Part shown: positions 26,001-38,954 of the stretch, piece after piece | Position numbering within the stretch: the first letter of the stretch is position 1 | Layout of the letters: each line of letters opens with the position of its first letter | Assembly (NCBI GenBank): GCA_001643675.2 | Contig: LSRY02000012.1 | Span: 558,001 to 622,000, forward strand | Reading direction: 5' to 3' | DNA from: Monocercomonoides exilis PA203 | Taxonomy: Eukaryota > Protista > Preaxostyla | Length of the DNA stretch: 64,000 bases | The notes under the pieces: model-generated | Databases searched by the model: none | The model's input: the letters and a program-made list of their open reading frames with translations, nothing else | What the model was told of the DNA's origin: nothing | Translations under genes and position numbers: made by a program

Positions 26001-26740
26001 ATTTTGGGAGGTGTGAGAAGAGTGTTATTGTATCTTTTTTTTTTTTTTTGGAAATGCATTTTTTATTTTTTTATGATTATTTCTTCTTTTCTTTTCTTTT
26101 CTTGTTTATCTTATTAATCTTTTTTGTTTCATCAAATATCACATTTTTTTTTATTAACTTGAAATATTCCAAATAAACAATAATCATATCAGACTGGCTA
26201 CTGGAAAGAGGAACTCCAAGGCAAGCCATACTACATTTCCGCTCTTTATGTAGTTGACTTGAACCGCTTCCGTGAGATGGGTGCAGGCGATACATTACGC
26301 CACATCTACGAGGGCCATGCAAAAGATAAGAATTCTCTGGCTAATTTAGACCAGGACCTGCCTAACACTGCACAGTCAAGTGTGCCCATCTTCACTCTCC
26401 CGCAGGAGTGGCTGTGGTGCGGGTCGTGGTGCTCGGACGCCACGAGGAAAAAGGCGAAGACGATTGATTTGTGCAATAACCCAAGAACAAAGGAACACAA
26501 AATTGACTATGCAAAGAAAAATATTCCAGTTTGTGATAATTTTTATTGAATCGGTCTTTAAAGTCATCCTTTAATTTTTAAATATTTTTTCCCCCGAAAA
26601 ATTTGCAGGAATGGAATCAATATCATGAAAAACTGCTACAACTTGAAGATTCGTTGTCAAATCTGACAAGAAATGCAACACACGCTACAAAAAAAGAACC
26701 AAAAGTTCAGCGTAATGAACAAATCAAGACAGAGCTTTAA
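20074..26740 (+). CDS. UGGT: UDP-glucose:glycoprotein glucosyltransferase (GT24)
   Basis: Signal peptide [14 protein letters not shown]; [16 protein letters not shown]; [11 protein letters not shown]; GT24 domain [83 protein letters not shown]. Introns 26011-26192 and 26529-26608 restore FWE|TGYW and IP|EW. C-terminus ...QIKTEL* is a KDEL-type ER retrieval signal. Confidence 0.95.
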
Positions 26741-26883
26741 CTTCAAATTTTCATTTCAATACTTGCGTTATTTCTTTTTTAATTAATGTTTTACTATGTT
26801 AAAAATATCTTCTCCCAACTTGTTCTTTTTGAAAATGTACCCATCATCTTTTCTTTTCTTCAAAAAACTGTTTATCAGATTTT

Positions 26884-29800
26884 ATGGAAGAGCCAACGCA
26901 AACAGGAAGCTTTGGCTTTACAATTTATCATGATGTAACCGACACGTTAGTCAAGAGAGTGCAAGCAAATGCATTGGCAACAAGGCAAAAGCTTGCAAGT
27001 CTTTTTTCAGAAAATGCTTTGATTCAAGAAATAAATGAGTCAAATCACAATAAAAATGTTTGGATGCAAAATTGTTTTATTAATTAAAAATATTGATTTG
27101 GTAATGCTGGAAAAAAATTTTCTTATGAATGCAAAAATTTTTAAAACATAATGAGTTAGATTAAACTTATTTCTCAAAAGAGCGATGCCCTTTTTGTCGA
27201 ATTTGTTCAAGCCATCCTTGGATCAATTGATTATCTAAGGCCATCCATTGAATATTCCAAACAGCATATTACAGTTTTGTTACCTCATAATAAAAATATC
27301 ATTTTTTGATTAAAATTTGGTTTTTTTAATAGGAGGATTATGACGTTGAAGAAATGCTTTTGAAATTGAATGAATACGAACTGAGGAATAGAAAATTGGA
27401 AGATGAAAACACTCAACTGAAATCTCTTTTAAAGAAAAGAGAAAATTTATTGAATGATCAAAGAGCGCTGTTCTATAAAGAACTTCTCGTCCTACGCGAG
27501 CAGCTTTATCAACGAGAAAGAATTGGAACGTCATATAGGGCTGATGAATTTAATATATTCAATCCTCGTGAATGGTTGGATGACTTGTTAGGTGAAGAAA
27601 CCAAAAAAGAAGAGAGCATAGAATTACTGAAGCAAAAAGTTGAAGAACGCATAAAAGCAATAAATGAACAATATGCAAAAAATAAGGATGAAATGGAAAA
27701 TCGAATGATTGTTTGAGAAGTTTTATTAATACAAAATTCTTTATCATTTTTTTATCTCTGAATGTTTGTTGAATAATAATGTTTGTGTATTTTAGCAACT
27801 GGAAAAGGATAGAGACACACAAGTCGAGCGAGTCAAAAAAATGATGAAGATGAAAGAAATTGAAATTGATTCGATGAGAGAGCAGCTTATTGCATTGAGA
27901 GAGTATGCGTCATTTATATGTTTATTTATTCCTCATTCACATTTTTTTTGTAAAATTTCGTTTTATTGTTAAACCCACAAACTTATATTTAAAAAATATC
28001 TTAATATTTTCTGATAATTTTTTACAGAGAGACAAACGGAGAGAGCGCCAATCGTGTTGAACAGAGCGAAGCGACAAAGGCAGAAGTGATTGTGTGGAAG
28101 AGTCGATTGGAAGAGAAAGAGGAAGAAGTGAGACGTCTTCAAAAGCGGATTGCAGAGCTGGAAAGCCAGTTGGCTCAGATTAGAAGCAAAAAGAAGGCGA
28201 AAGAAGGAAATGACTCTTCGTCTGAGTCAGATGAGGAAGTTGAGGAAGGAAGTGATGAGAAGAAGAAGGACAAAGGCAATAAAGAAGACGAGGAAAACGA
28301 TGAAAGCAACAAGAAGGATAAGAATAAGAATAATAAAAAGAAGAAGAAGAGAGAAGAAGAGCTGGAAGAAGAGCTGAGGCTGCTGAAGACAGAGCTGCGT
28401 GTGCAGATGGAGAATGTGCGGCATCTGAAAGAGGAAGAGAGGCAGAGCAATGAATACGAGGAAGAGAAAAAGAAGAGAAAAGAGGCAGAAGCAGAAGTGA
28501 TGCAGATGAGGAAGCAAATGGAGGAGCTGTCACAGGAGAACAATCAGCTTCTGATGGGCGAAGAAGACCCCAGTCTGCTGAAAGAGCAAGGGAGAAGGGC
28601 GAAGCTGATGAGGATTCTGAAGAATTCCGCAGGACGCAACGGAAACAACGGAAACGAAGAAGACGAAGACGATGCGATTGTGTTGGAGCGGTTTGAGAAG
28701 ATGAAAGGGGCCATACGCGAAGAAGACAGGATGAAACACGAAAGAGCGGTGCATAACTGGAACCTCATGCACAAGAGGCTGAAGTCGAAGTACTTCAAGG
28801 TTGGATTCAAATAGCACTGTTTAGATAAGATTTTTTGAATGATTTTCTTTTATTTCTTTTTTCTTTCTTTTCTTGTTGTTTTTAATGCATTCTTTTGCAT
28901 ATATGTTGCATATTAATTTGTTACAATATGATGCAATCATTTGTGATAAATGAATTAAACTGCTACAGGACAAAGTGACAGCTCTTCGCAACGGCACATA
29001 CGACGCATCAAAAGATCCATTTGTCTCGTTTTCTTCTTCATCATCATCATCTTCTTCTTCTTCTTCCTCCTCTTCATCATCATCATTATCTTCTTCTTCT
29101 TCTTCTTCACCATCTTCCTCAGACGACGAAGAAGAAGATAATAGTAACGACGATGAAACCTACGACAGATACGGCGGATGGGGCGACCACTACACCGAAG
29201 AAGATGAAAGAAAAGCGGGAAAAAGCAAACGAGGCGAATTTCTCACCGAAGCCGACGAGAAAGAGAAGAAAAGCCAGAAGCTTCAGAGGAATGAAGAGAA
29301 GAAGCAGCGGAAGCGGAAGAAGTTTGTGTTTGTGAACGTGGCTTTTTGTGAGCGGATGGCGCAGCTGAAGGACCGAGCAGCGGAAGAGCTGAGGAGGCTG
29401 AAGGAGAAGATCGAGGCAGACCGAAAGAGGAACTTCGAGATGATGATGAGGACAACGAAATCGCTCGTGTTTGGATTCCCAATACAGGGATCATCTTGTT
29501 CTTCTTCCTCTTCCTCTTCTTCTTCATATTCTTCCTCTTCCTCTTCCTCCTCTTCCTCCTTTTCTGATGCATCTTCCACTCCTTCTGCCTCAGATGTGTC
29601 CCCCACCTCCACACCAACACGTGCTCGCTCACATTATCTCCTGCCCCTTCAGCCTGCTCATCAGCCAGCAAACAGATCGCCTTTCATATCACCCACATTC
29701 GCCTCTTCTCGTGCTCCTCTTGCTGCCTCTTCCCTTTCTGCCCTTTCTTCTCCCTCAGAATTGAGATACATGTCAGCTTCTTCTCCTTATGCTTCTTCTT

Positions 29801-32253
29801 CTCTTTCTTCTTCTTCTTCTGCTTCTGCTTCTTCTTCTGCTTCTGCCTCATCCCCCTTCCAACGCCGTTCCACAGAGCCACAGTTCTCCTTCCGCCACTC
29901 CGCCAGCCACGCTCTCCCTTCGTCTTCGCTGAGCTACGATGAAACCTTGCCCACTTCTGCCTCCTTCTCTGCGTCTTCTGCACGTGGAAGCTCGCCACAA
30001 TCTCATCCTCCTCCTTCTCTTCCACTGCCACCTCTTCCTCCTCTGCCTCCACTGCCACTGAGCCAGCTGTCTTCATCAGCGTGTTTTGTGCTCCCTCCTT
30101 CGGTGCATCTCAAAATCGTCAAGCACAATGGCAAAATCACAGACAGAGACAGAGACAGAGACAGTGAAAAGCAAGGGGAAGGAGCAAACGACGAGAGAAA
30201 AGGGAAAGATGGCGGTGGGGCGAAGACGTCCCGGAGCTGCTCGTCTGAAGTGGCAGGAAGCACAGAAAGAGAGAGACATGCAGATATTCCATCGTATGAA
30301 CACGACCACGCACACTTCATTCCACACACTTTGCCTTCCATTTCATTGTCTTCGCCTTCTTTTGCTCTCATTTCAAAAAGCGCTGCTTCTTCTTTCTCTT
30401 CTTCTTTCTCTTCTTCCTCCTCCTCTTCTGCTTCTCCTTTGTTTTTGTCTTCTGATGGAGAGCTTCAGCGAGCCAATGCACTTCTGCAGACGCCTCGATT
30501 CCACCACTCACCATCTCCTTCACATGGAATGCTTGCATCGACTTCATTTACTCCTTCTTCTTCTTCTTCTCTCTCTTCTTCTTCTGTATCGTCCTCATTG
30601 TCATCATCTTCTTCTTCATCTTCATCCACGTCATCTTCTTCTCCTGTTGTCACCACATCTGCCTATGGCCCTTCCAGTTCATTTGCCCCACAGCCCAACA
30701 CAACCTTAGCGCCTCTTCCTCTCTCCACACTTTCAGCCCAGCTGCCTTCACCTCCTCTCTCTTCTCGTTTGTCTTCCTCACTCAGACACTCCAAACAGCA
30801 ATCACAGTCAATAGATGCTTCAGAAGCTTCTTCTTCTTCCTCCTCCTCTTCTTCTCCTCTCTCTCGCTCGCAGCAGCTGCCGGCAAAGCGATATCCAGAC
30901 TGGCGAGAGAACGAGCAGCTGACTGTGGATGCGATCCGGAAGAAGATGGACTCAGAGAAGAGGAAGAGGCGGCTGAAGGAGAAACCGCCCAGCCCAATTG
31001 AAGAAGAGGAAGATGCGAATACAATACAGAAAATGCCTGGAAACGATGGAGAGTTTTCTGAGTGGGTTGAGGCGTCGGTTCCAACAGCAGGGAAGAAGCA
31101 GTCTTCGATGTTGCTGCGTGGTTCGAACAAGAACACTTCAGTGAAAGCGGAGGTAGAGAAGAATGAGGAAGGAGCAGTGAATGCAAAAGCACAAGGTGCA
31201 ACTGGAGGTTTGACTTCAGCAGCATCTTCGTCTTCATCAGCAGCAGCAGCTTCTTCATCAAACCCTGTTTTGGAGCAGATTCCTCAGTCTTCATTGCCTT
31301 CTCCTCCAACCAAGCACCAGGCTCCTTCAGACGTTAATTTGTCGCCTGTTCAGCTGGCATCTTCGTCGTCTGCAAATCATTCACTTCACAATGGAAAAAC
31401 AACGGGAGCATCACATTCAGTTAAAAACGATGCTTCCTCTGCTAATTCTTCTGCATCTAATTCATCATCATCATCTTCTTCCTCCTCCTCATCATCTTCC
31501 TCTTCTTCCTCTTCCTCTTCTCCTATTGCAAGCACACAGTCCAAGCGAAAGCTCAAAGAACCCGACCACATTCAGCTAGCCTCTCGTTCTCTTCTGACAG
31601 ACGATGACGACAACTACTCGGAAGAGCGGGCGAAGGGAAACAAAGATAGCACTGCGAAGACAGACGCAGCAACTATCCAGTACATTTCGTCGCTTGTCCC
31701 TGTCGAGGCGCAGGATCGCTCCGTTTTCGCATCTTTTGCTAAGCGCACGGTGCAAATGAGGAATCAGTCGTTGTCTTCGTCATTGTCTTCTACGACTTCT
31801 TCTTCGTCTTCTTCATCTCCTTCTGCATCATCATCATCATCATCTGCACAAATGTCAACTGTAACATCTTCATCTCCATCTCCACAGTCATCCTCAACTT
31901 CAACATTATCCTCATCTTCTTCTTCTGTTTCTTCTTCTGCTAACGCTGCTCCAATTCAATTGGCATCAAATGCAGACAATAAAAAAGCTAGCAGCACACA
32001 TCCTTCTGCATTACCTCCACTTCGCTTGGCTTCTAAAGTTGATTCTTCTTCTTCTTCTTCTTCCTCTTCCTCTTCTTCTTCCTCTATTTCTTCTTCTACT
32101 ACTTCAGCATCAGACTCCACATCACAGAACAACAATGCTCTTCACCCTCCAAATCTTTTGAGCTCGTCACTTCCTCCTCTTTCGTCATTGACTGAACAGC
32201 CATCTCATTCACCTGCCTCGTCGTTGCTGTATTCTGCGCCTGGAAAGCAATGA
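26884..32253 (+). CDS. Multi-exon hypothetical protein: N-terminal coiled coil, C-terminal Ser-rich disordered region
   Basis: Colinear plus-strand ORFs 26884-27087, 27354-27716, 28086-28814 and 28975-32253 are separated by AT-rich GT..AG introns. E/K/L/R-rich heptads, then poly-Ser. Confidence 0.65.
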
Positions 32254-32826
32254 AAGGTTGCCCTTTCTTCAAACAGATCATTGAGCCATTGAGTTTTTTG
32301 ATGAAATTATTGAAATGTTAGTTAATTATCTATTGGAACTTATTTATTTTGTTTTTGTATGTGTTTTTTTTATTATGTTGTTAATAATGACTTTAAAGGC
32401 TTCTGTTTGTTTTTTTATCCACAAATACCTTGATTTTCTTGTATTTTTGTGTATTTTTGCGATATCCTCTCAGATTTTTAAATGGATTTGTCGAAAATTT
32501 TGAGTTAAAGATTTAATGATTCTTATCTATTTGGGAATTTACTTTGCGTTTCGTTGGATATTTTTTAAGTTGAAAAGACTGCAAAAAGCAAAACGTTTTC
32601 TATTAAACATGCCTTTTGTTGTCTTGTTCATCTCGTTGACTTATCTTGTTTTTTTTTCAAAAAAAAAAACAAGAAAAAGAAAAATATTTTATTTTGTTGT
32701 CTTCAACAATTCATTGAGAAATCTTTAAGTTTTTCAAAAATAAAATAGCTGAAGTGATTCAAAATGAGCAAAATACAAACAGCATGAAATGGCTGAAATA
32801 ATCGAAATGCTGAAATGTGTATTTAT

Positions 32827-33107
32827 TTAATGGATATATCTGAATGTTTCAACAAGATGTCTTGCAGCTTCAGGAATATCTGTCTCCCCCATGATTTCGC
32901 AAGAAATGAACTTCATCAAATCTTCTGGGTTTATTTCCACAAACGCACGCTTACCCCAGCTGTACTGGATCAGCGCCCCTTCTGTCGCCTCTGCAGTTGA
33001 TGCTGCTGACTGCGTCATTTCTGCTGCTGTTATTTTGCGACGAGTAAGATATCTTTTTTGTGATGTTTTGCAATTTATAGCATAATTTGAAAAATTATAT
33101 GTGAAGC

Positions 33108-33143
<36 letters not shown>

Positions 33144-34291
33144 GAAAAGAAAAGAAAAAGAAAAAAGAAAAAAAAAAAAGAAAAAAAAAAAGAAAAAAGA
33201 AAAAAAAAAAGAAAAAAAAAAAGAAAAAAGAAAAAAGAAAAAAGAAAAAAGAAAAGAAAAGAAAAGAAAAGAAAAGAAAAGAAAAGAAAAGAAAAGAAAA
33301 GAAAAGAAAAGAAAAGAAAAAGAAAGAAAGAAAGAAAATACAATTCCAGAAGAATGAAAATTAAATAAAAATGAGCCTGAGCAATGAGTTCACACTTTTC
33401 TTGCACAAAATTTGTGACGGTTTGTATTACAGATTGCTTGTTATAAACTTCGTCATTCTGTTTTAGCCCAGTGAATTGAATGAAGAACAGAAGCTCTTCT
33501 TGAGAAATAGAACCCCCAGAAAGCATAACTAGCGATAGAACAATAAACAGCAATGCTTGTAACTTTTCGTCTTTTGGAGGTGGCAATCTTAAAAGATCAG
33601 CTTCATCAAGAGCATTGACCAAGCAGTACCCATCAATTCCTTGTGATCCTGCAATAGTGAATTCTTGAGAAGGAGACGGTCCCAATGAAGACGACTGCGA
33701 AAAATGAGAAGGGGTTTGAGAAGGTGACGGAAACGCTTGACTTTCCGTTTCTGGTGTAATTTGCGTCAATATCTGAACATTATCAGAACCTTTCAGGAAA
33801 AATTATTGCAAATTGAAGGGATGAAAAGCAAACCTAAGGTACGTTTTCGTTCTTTTTCCGAACTCTTAAAAGAAATTTCGACAACTCGTAGTCCAAACAT
33901 ATCTTCAAGATGATAGTTAATTTCTTTGAGAAGATTCTCTCGTTTTAACTTTTTTGCCTGAAAAAAAATAATAAAAAAATTCGAAAATGCAATTTTTCCT
34001 TCAAACATTTGGATGCTGAGATATAATTTTTGAAAGTTCCATTTGCGTCATTACTTTGTTTTGACCCTGCTTGAACAATAGAAATCGAATTATGTCTGAC
34101 ACAAGATCGCTCTAATTCAATAAATTTGCAAATAAAAAAGGATGTGAGGTTATAAAAATGAATTATCGATTTAAATTTCACAGACAGGCTTATCACCCTT
34201 CATATGTGGCCCCTTTAACAAAAGAAAACATAAAAAAATAAAGAATGCAAAATTAAAAAATGAATACATCAAAGCCACCACCAGCATCCAT
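32827..34291 (-). CDS. NSE3: NSE3/MAGE-domain subunit of the SMC5/6 complex
   Basis: Spliced pieces LLKEINYHLEDMFGLRVVEI, YCLVNAL, LLFIVLSLVMLSGGSISQEELLFFI..GL and YSWGKRAFVEINPEDLMKFI match MAGE winged-helix motifs (L...FG..L.E; LL..IL..I...G....EE.L; W.RA..E). Probable ATG at 34291. Confidence 0.8.
33108..33338 (+). repeat. Intronic (GAAAA)n / A-rich microsatellite
   Basis: About 230 bp of A/G only, in the NSE3 intron (polypyrimidine on the sense strand). Confidence 0.95.
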
Positions 34292-36005
34292 TCGGTTAAT
34301 GAAAATAAAGGTTTAAACTTGACAATATATTCAAAAAATATATCTAATTTCCTTTGTAATGTTATTTGTTGACTTGATCAAATGCATAACAAAATATTAG
34401 TGATAAAAATAAACAAATAATTTTTGTCTTTCAAAAATATTAAATTTTCTATGTGAATATGACAATATTTTAAATTTTCCTTAAAAATTCTTTTCAACTT
34501 GATATATTACACGCAAAATGACATTTAATAAATTGATTAAAAATTCAAAAAATTGTATTGAAATAGAGGATTTCTGCAAAATGAGTTGATGTACAATTAG
34601 TATCATTGCAAATTATCCACTTTCGTATATAATCAAAAACAAAATCTTCTTCTTTTATTTCCTGATTCGAATTTTGAAAACATATTTATTCGATAAAAAT
34701 CAAACGCAAACAAAGATCAAATCTAAAATCCCATTGATGAGATGAAACATCAATATTAAATTTATTTTCAATTTAAAATTTATGTTTTTTGAAGCATATA
34801 TTGAAAAAATGATGATTATTCAAAAAACAATTTGCTTCCGTTTAGAATGTTAATTATGAAGAAAAAGTTCAAAAGAAAAATAAATGCGAAGAAAGTCTAA
34901 AGGATTGTCTTCATTTCTTCCTTCTCTTCCTCTCATCCTCTTCTTTCATTTTCTTCTTCTTCTCCAGCTCCTTTATTATCGTCATTTCCATCTTTTCCAT
35001 CTATTTCAATCTCTCCTCAATGCTATCAACCTTCGCTAAATGCAGAGTTCCAAATATGTTGATTCTATTCGCAAAATTTTAGTGTTTTTTTCCTCGTCTC
35101 TCGTTCTTTGAGCAAAGCACGATAAACGTGTGGTAAAAATAGCGAAAAACTCCAAGTTTCAATGTCATTGCATTGAATTGCTTTCAAGCCTCTTTCAATT
35201 AATAAATTTATTCCCTCTGAATGGTCAACAACTTTCCTTTCCGAAAAGCACAAAAAACTGCTCTCCATCCTTATGTTCCGAAATGCTTCAAAATTTTGAT
35301 TGATACAACTTTTTCATAAAATTCCTTCTTTTTGCATTCATTCAATAAAACATCATCTGAATTTGTTTTCATCTCTTGCACCAAATAAAAATTATGAAAA
35401 ACCTGACAATTGTGCATATTATCCTATTAGCTAATTTTCACACAATAATCAGCTTCATTCTCATCGTACTGCTCTCCAAAGTCGAGATTTGCCATTTCAA
35501 CAAAAACTCATATTCCTGCACTTTGGAAAGGATACAGATGGAAATATCTTCACAATCAATAAAACAATTAAAAATACAATCATCCCGATGTTTTCATCCA
35601 ATAATAAAATTGTTGTATTTCGTCTGTCATCCAATTAACAAAAATCAAAGGTCAGAATTTCAAAATCGATGCATTGCCTCATTTCTTGTTGCATCCACAG
35701 GAAATAATATTTCTAGTTCTATAGATAATATTCATTCACGGAATTCTCAATCGGTGCATGAAAATTCCAGTTCAAAGAAATTTGAAGATCATTAAATCCA
35801 TTACTACAAACATTAAGAAAAAACGTTCTTTTTCTTCGTTTGAACAAATAGAAAATGTTGTTACAAGATAGAATGGCTTGAACACACATATTTTTATAAC
35901 TATTTTGAGTTTTTATTTCTCATCTTATTCTTATATCCAATGAAATGCGGATTCTATGTGAATGATAAAAATTGTGTTGTTTTTTTGAATGCAATGATTT
36001 TAAAA

Positions 36006-37444
36006 ATGCAGACGACAGATATTGCAAAAAAGTATTCAGGTTTGCACTCATTGTTGCATGGAAATCTTCTTTATTTCATTTCTTTTTCATTCTTTTTCAG
36101 AGTTGTTTGATGAGCTGGAGCATTGCGCAGAAATTGAACAGAAACAGAAAATCAAAGCAATGAATATACTGATGAACGAGATGGATGAAGAAGAATTCAA
36201 TTATGTTTTCACAACAGAATTGTACAACAAAATTAACAAAATGAATGAAGAAAAGAAAATTACAATGGGAAATGCTTTTTATTTGTTGAAGAGCATCGGA
36301 TATTGCAAAGCACTGAAAAGTCTGTGGATTGATGACTTTAAAATGTCTTCGTTGAGCAAAAAATTTGAGAACATGATTGTTAAAGAAGAAAAGAAAGTGA
36401 AAGAAGGAAAGAATGAAAAGCTTCTTACTAATCTTTGTGAATGCTATATTTTGCTGAACGACAGGTTTTCTTCGGGATTTCTTCGTATTTGCATTCCTTG
36501 TCTTTTAAAAGCTGCCTTGAAGAAAGACGAAAGCAAGGAAACGCAAAAAGAAGTTGAAACAGCTTTGATGACTTTGAACTGCATTGAACATTGGGGAGTT
36601 TGATTTGTTTTTTGCTGATTTTTTGATTTTTTGCTTAATTTTTTATGTCTTTCTTTTTAATAAGAAAGAGGAGCTTGAACTTCTCAATATGAATGAAATT
36701 AAAGAAATCATTAAGTATCATCAGAAATGTGGCAATCTCACTTGTCTTGCATATTATTGTGCTTGGAAATTTATGATATTCGGATTTGGGGAAGATAAAA
36801 GTTTGGAAAGCTTGATTGTGAATGATCTGCATTTTGAGAGAAAGGCAGCAAGGGAATTGGACGAACTGGCAAAAAGAATAGATTGGAAGAAAATTAATGA
36901 AGAGGAAGAGCAATTGAGAAGAATTGACTCAAAAGATTTGCTTGCTTTGATGGGATGGCTGGAAGTACTGAAGTTATATTTTGGCGTGTGCCAACTGTGG
37001 AGCAAAGAACATGTCGAACTTATCAACAGCATTGTTCAGGTGTTTCGGGCAGGGAAGGATTATTGCAGAGAAATTTGTGATGATTGCATTGATGTGTTGA
37101 AGATCATGACGATATTTGGAACTTTAAAAGTTGATGATTTGTTAAAAGGTGGAGCTGTTGATGTTGTTCTGGAAGAGATAAAGCAACCCACAATGGAAGA
37201 CAAAATGGAATATGAAATTTTGATAATCTTTATGGCAATTTCAAGGAGATTGATAGAAAATAAGGATTATGAAACTGATAAAGCGAAAAGAAAGGAAGCC
37301 AAAAGGAAATTGTTCGAAATGATGGAAGATGAAGGATTAGAAGATATCATCACAAGCTTATGTGAAACATTTGATTTTCTAAACAATAAATATTTTGGTG
37401 ATCTATTGTCGTTTAATATTTCTGATAATTTTGTGAATGTTTAA
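36006..37444 (+). CDS. Member of a lineage-expanded helical (ARM/HEAT-like) hypothetical protein family
   Basis: ATG 36006; intron 36040-36100 gives MQTTDIAKKYSELFDELEHC; intron 36598-36664 joins ORFs 36022 and 36584 in frame. Motifs CIPCLLKAALKK, KEVETALMTL, EIKEIIKYHQ, KAKRKEAKRK, EGLEDIITSL and terminal FVNV* resemble (from recall) the large Monocercomonoides hypothetical family. A decayed paralog lies at 48.6-49.4 kb. Confidence 0.75.
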
Positions 37445-38954
37445 AAAAATGAGATGTTAAAAATTTTATTTCTCATAACATTAATTTTTCTTATTTTGAA
37501 AAATATTCAATGATCAAAAAAAAATTATTTGTACAATTATATCACTTGGCAAAATGAGAGATATGTGAGTGAATATTTTTTTTGTAGAACAAGAAATATT
37601 ATTTCGTTTGATGGAATGAATCACTGGAAATGCGTCGCCGAAGAAGGAATGATGAATGAAAATTATTGCCATTTCGATGGACAAGGAAACACAACAATTT
37701 TATTATTAGATGAAAATATCAGGATGTTTGTATTTTTAATTATTCAATTGATTGTGAAGATATTTCTATCTGTAGCCTTTCCAGAGTTCAGGAATCCAAC
37801 TTATTGTCAAAATGGCAAATCTTCGCTTTGTGGAGCAATACGATGAGAATGGAGCTAATCACCACATAACAATAAGCAGATAGGAGAAATTATACAAGCG
37901 TCATGCATTTTATAATTTTTATTTGGGGCAAGAGATGAAAATAAATTCAACTGATGTTTTATTGAATGAAGACAAAAGGATGGAATTCAATGAAAAAAGG
38001 AAACCCAAAAAAAAAAGCTTTTGGTTTTATTTTTATGTTTTTCTTGTTTCTCGTACAGCGCCAGATGGATTTGAACTGCGAAGAATTTCTGTTTTTCAGT
38101 ATGTTTTCGAGCAAAAGCAAATGAGAAAATTGTTTCATTTTATTCATTTTTAGACTGTGATGCTTCAGTTCCTGTCTCTATTGATGAAAGTACTTTGATT
38201 CCCTTTTGGATGATAACATTTTATTCATTCATTCAACATTTCGGTTCTTCTCAACTTGTGTTTCATCTGCATTTTATTTCGACGTTTTCAAGCCAATCCC
38301 CATGCTTTGGGTGTTTATTCTCGTTTCTTTCTTTTGAGCAAAGGAATAGAAAGTACTACATATAATAATTTTTGGTTGGGCACTGATATAATTTTTATGG
38401 TGCATACGTGGAATCAACACTCAATTTGCAAAGTGATTATGCTGCAGAAATGAAGCTCAACGCAGACTCTTTTGAAAAAAAGAGAGTGCTTATTTTTTAC
38501 AGAAATTGCAGTTTGTTTATCTCTTCTATTTCTTCTTCGTCTTCAGCATTCTTTTCAGAATATTTGTTTTTTCTGATTCTTTCTTTCTTTCTTTCTTCCT
38601 TCCTTCCCTTAAATGGAGTGGTTAAAAAATCAATAATTTAGAAATTTTCAAGTTTATTCATATTTACAATAAAAACACTAAAATAAGCATAAGCATTCAA
38701 AAAAGTGGATCTCATTCACATTCATCTTTTTATTCATGGAATTATTATGTGATTTCCCAAGGCAGTTATATGCTCTGTAATAATATCTTGTTTGATTCGT
38801 AATATAAATTTAAGAATGTTCCTTCTCTTCAGTGGGTAAATTTGGCAAGCTTTCAAAACTCACAAAAATTTCCCTCATTCGCTTTTTAATCGATCTTTTT
38901 TTCCAAATTTATTTTGGATCTGTCGAAAGTTGTTTAATGTGCACCATATCTCGT

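Noticed and set aside
6374-32281. Many antisense or alternate-frame ORFs rich in poly-E, poly-L, poly-K, poly-F or poly-H
   Set aside because: They are shadows of TCN/GAA triplet runs in real genes; no independent motifs.
33095-33400. Poly-Phe / poly-Lys ORF extensions
   Set aside because: Read-through of an intronic (TTTTC)n microsatellite.
36584-36664. Apparent frameshift or programmed frameshifting between ORFs 36022 and 36584
   Set aside because: Explained by a GT..AG intron 36598-36664 that restores the frame.
34880-38640. Weakly similar minus-strand fragments at ~35.0-35.3 kb and ~38.2-38.5 kb flanking the helical-family gene
   Set aside because: Only a short patch of similarity is visible; I cannot establish a repeat pair or a product.
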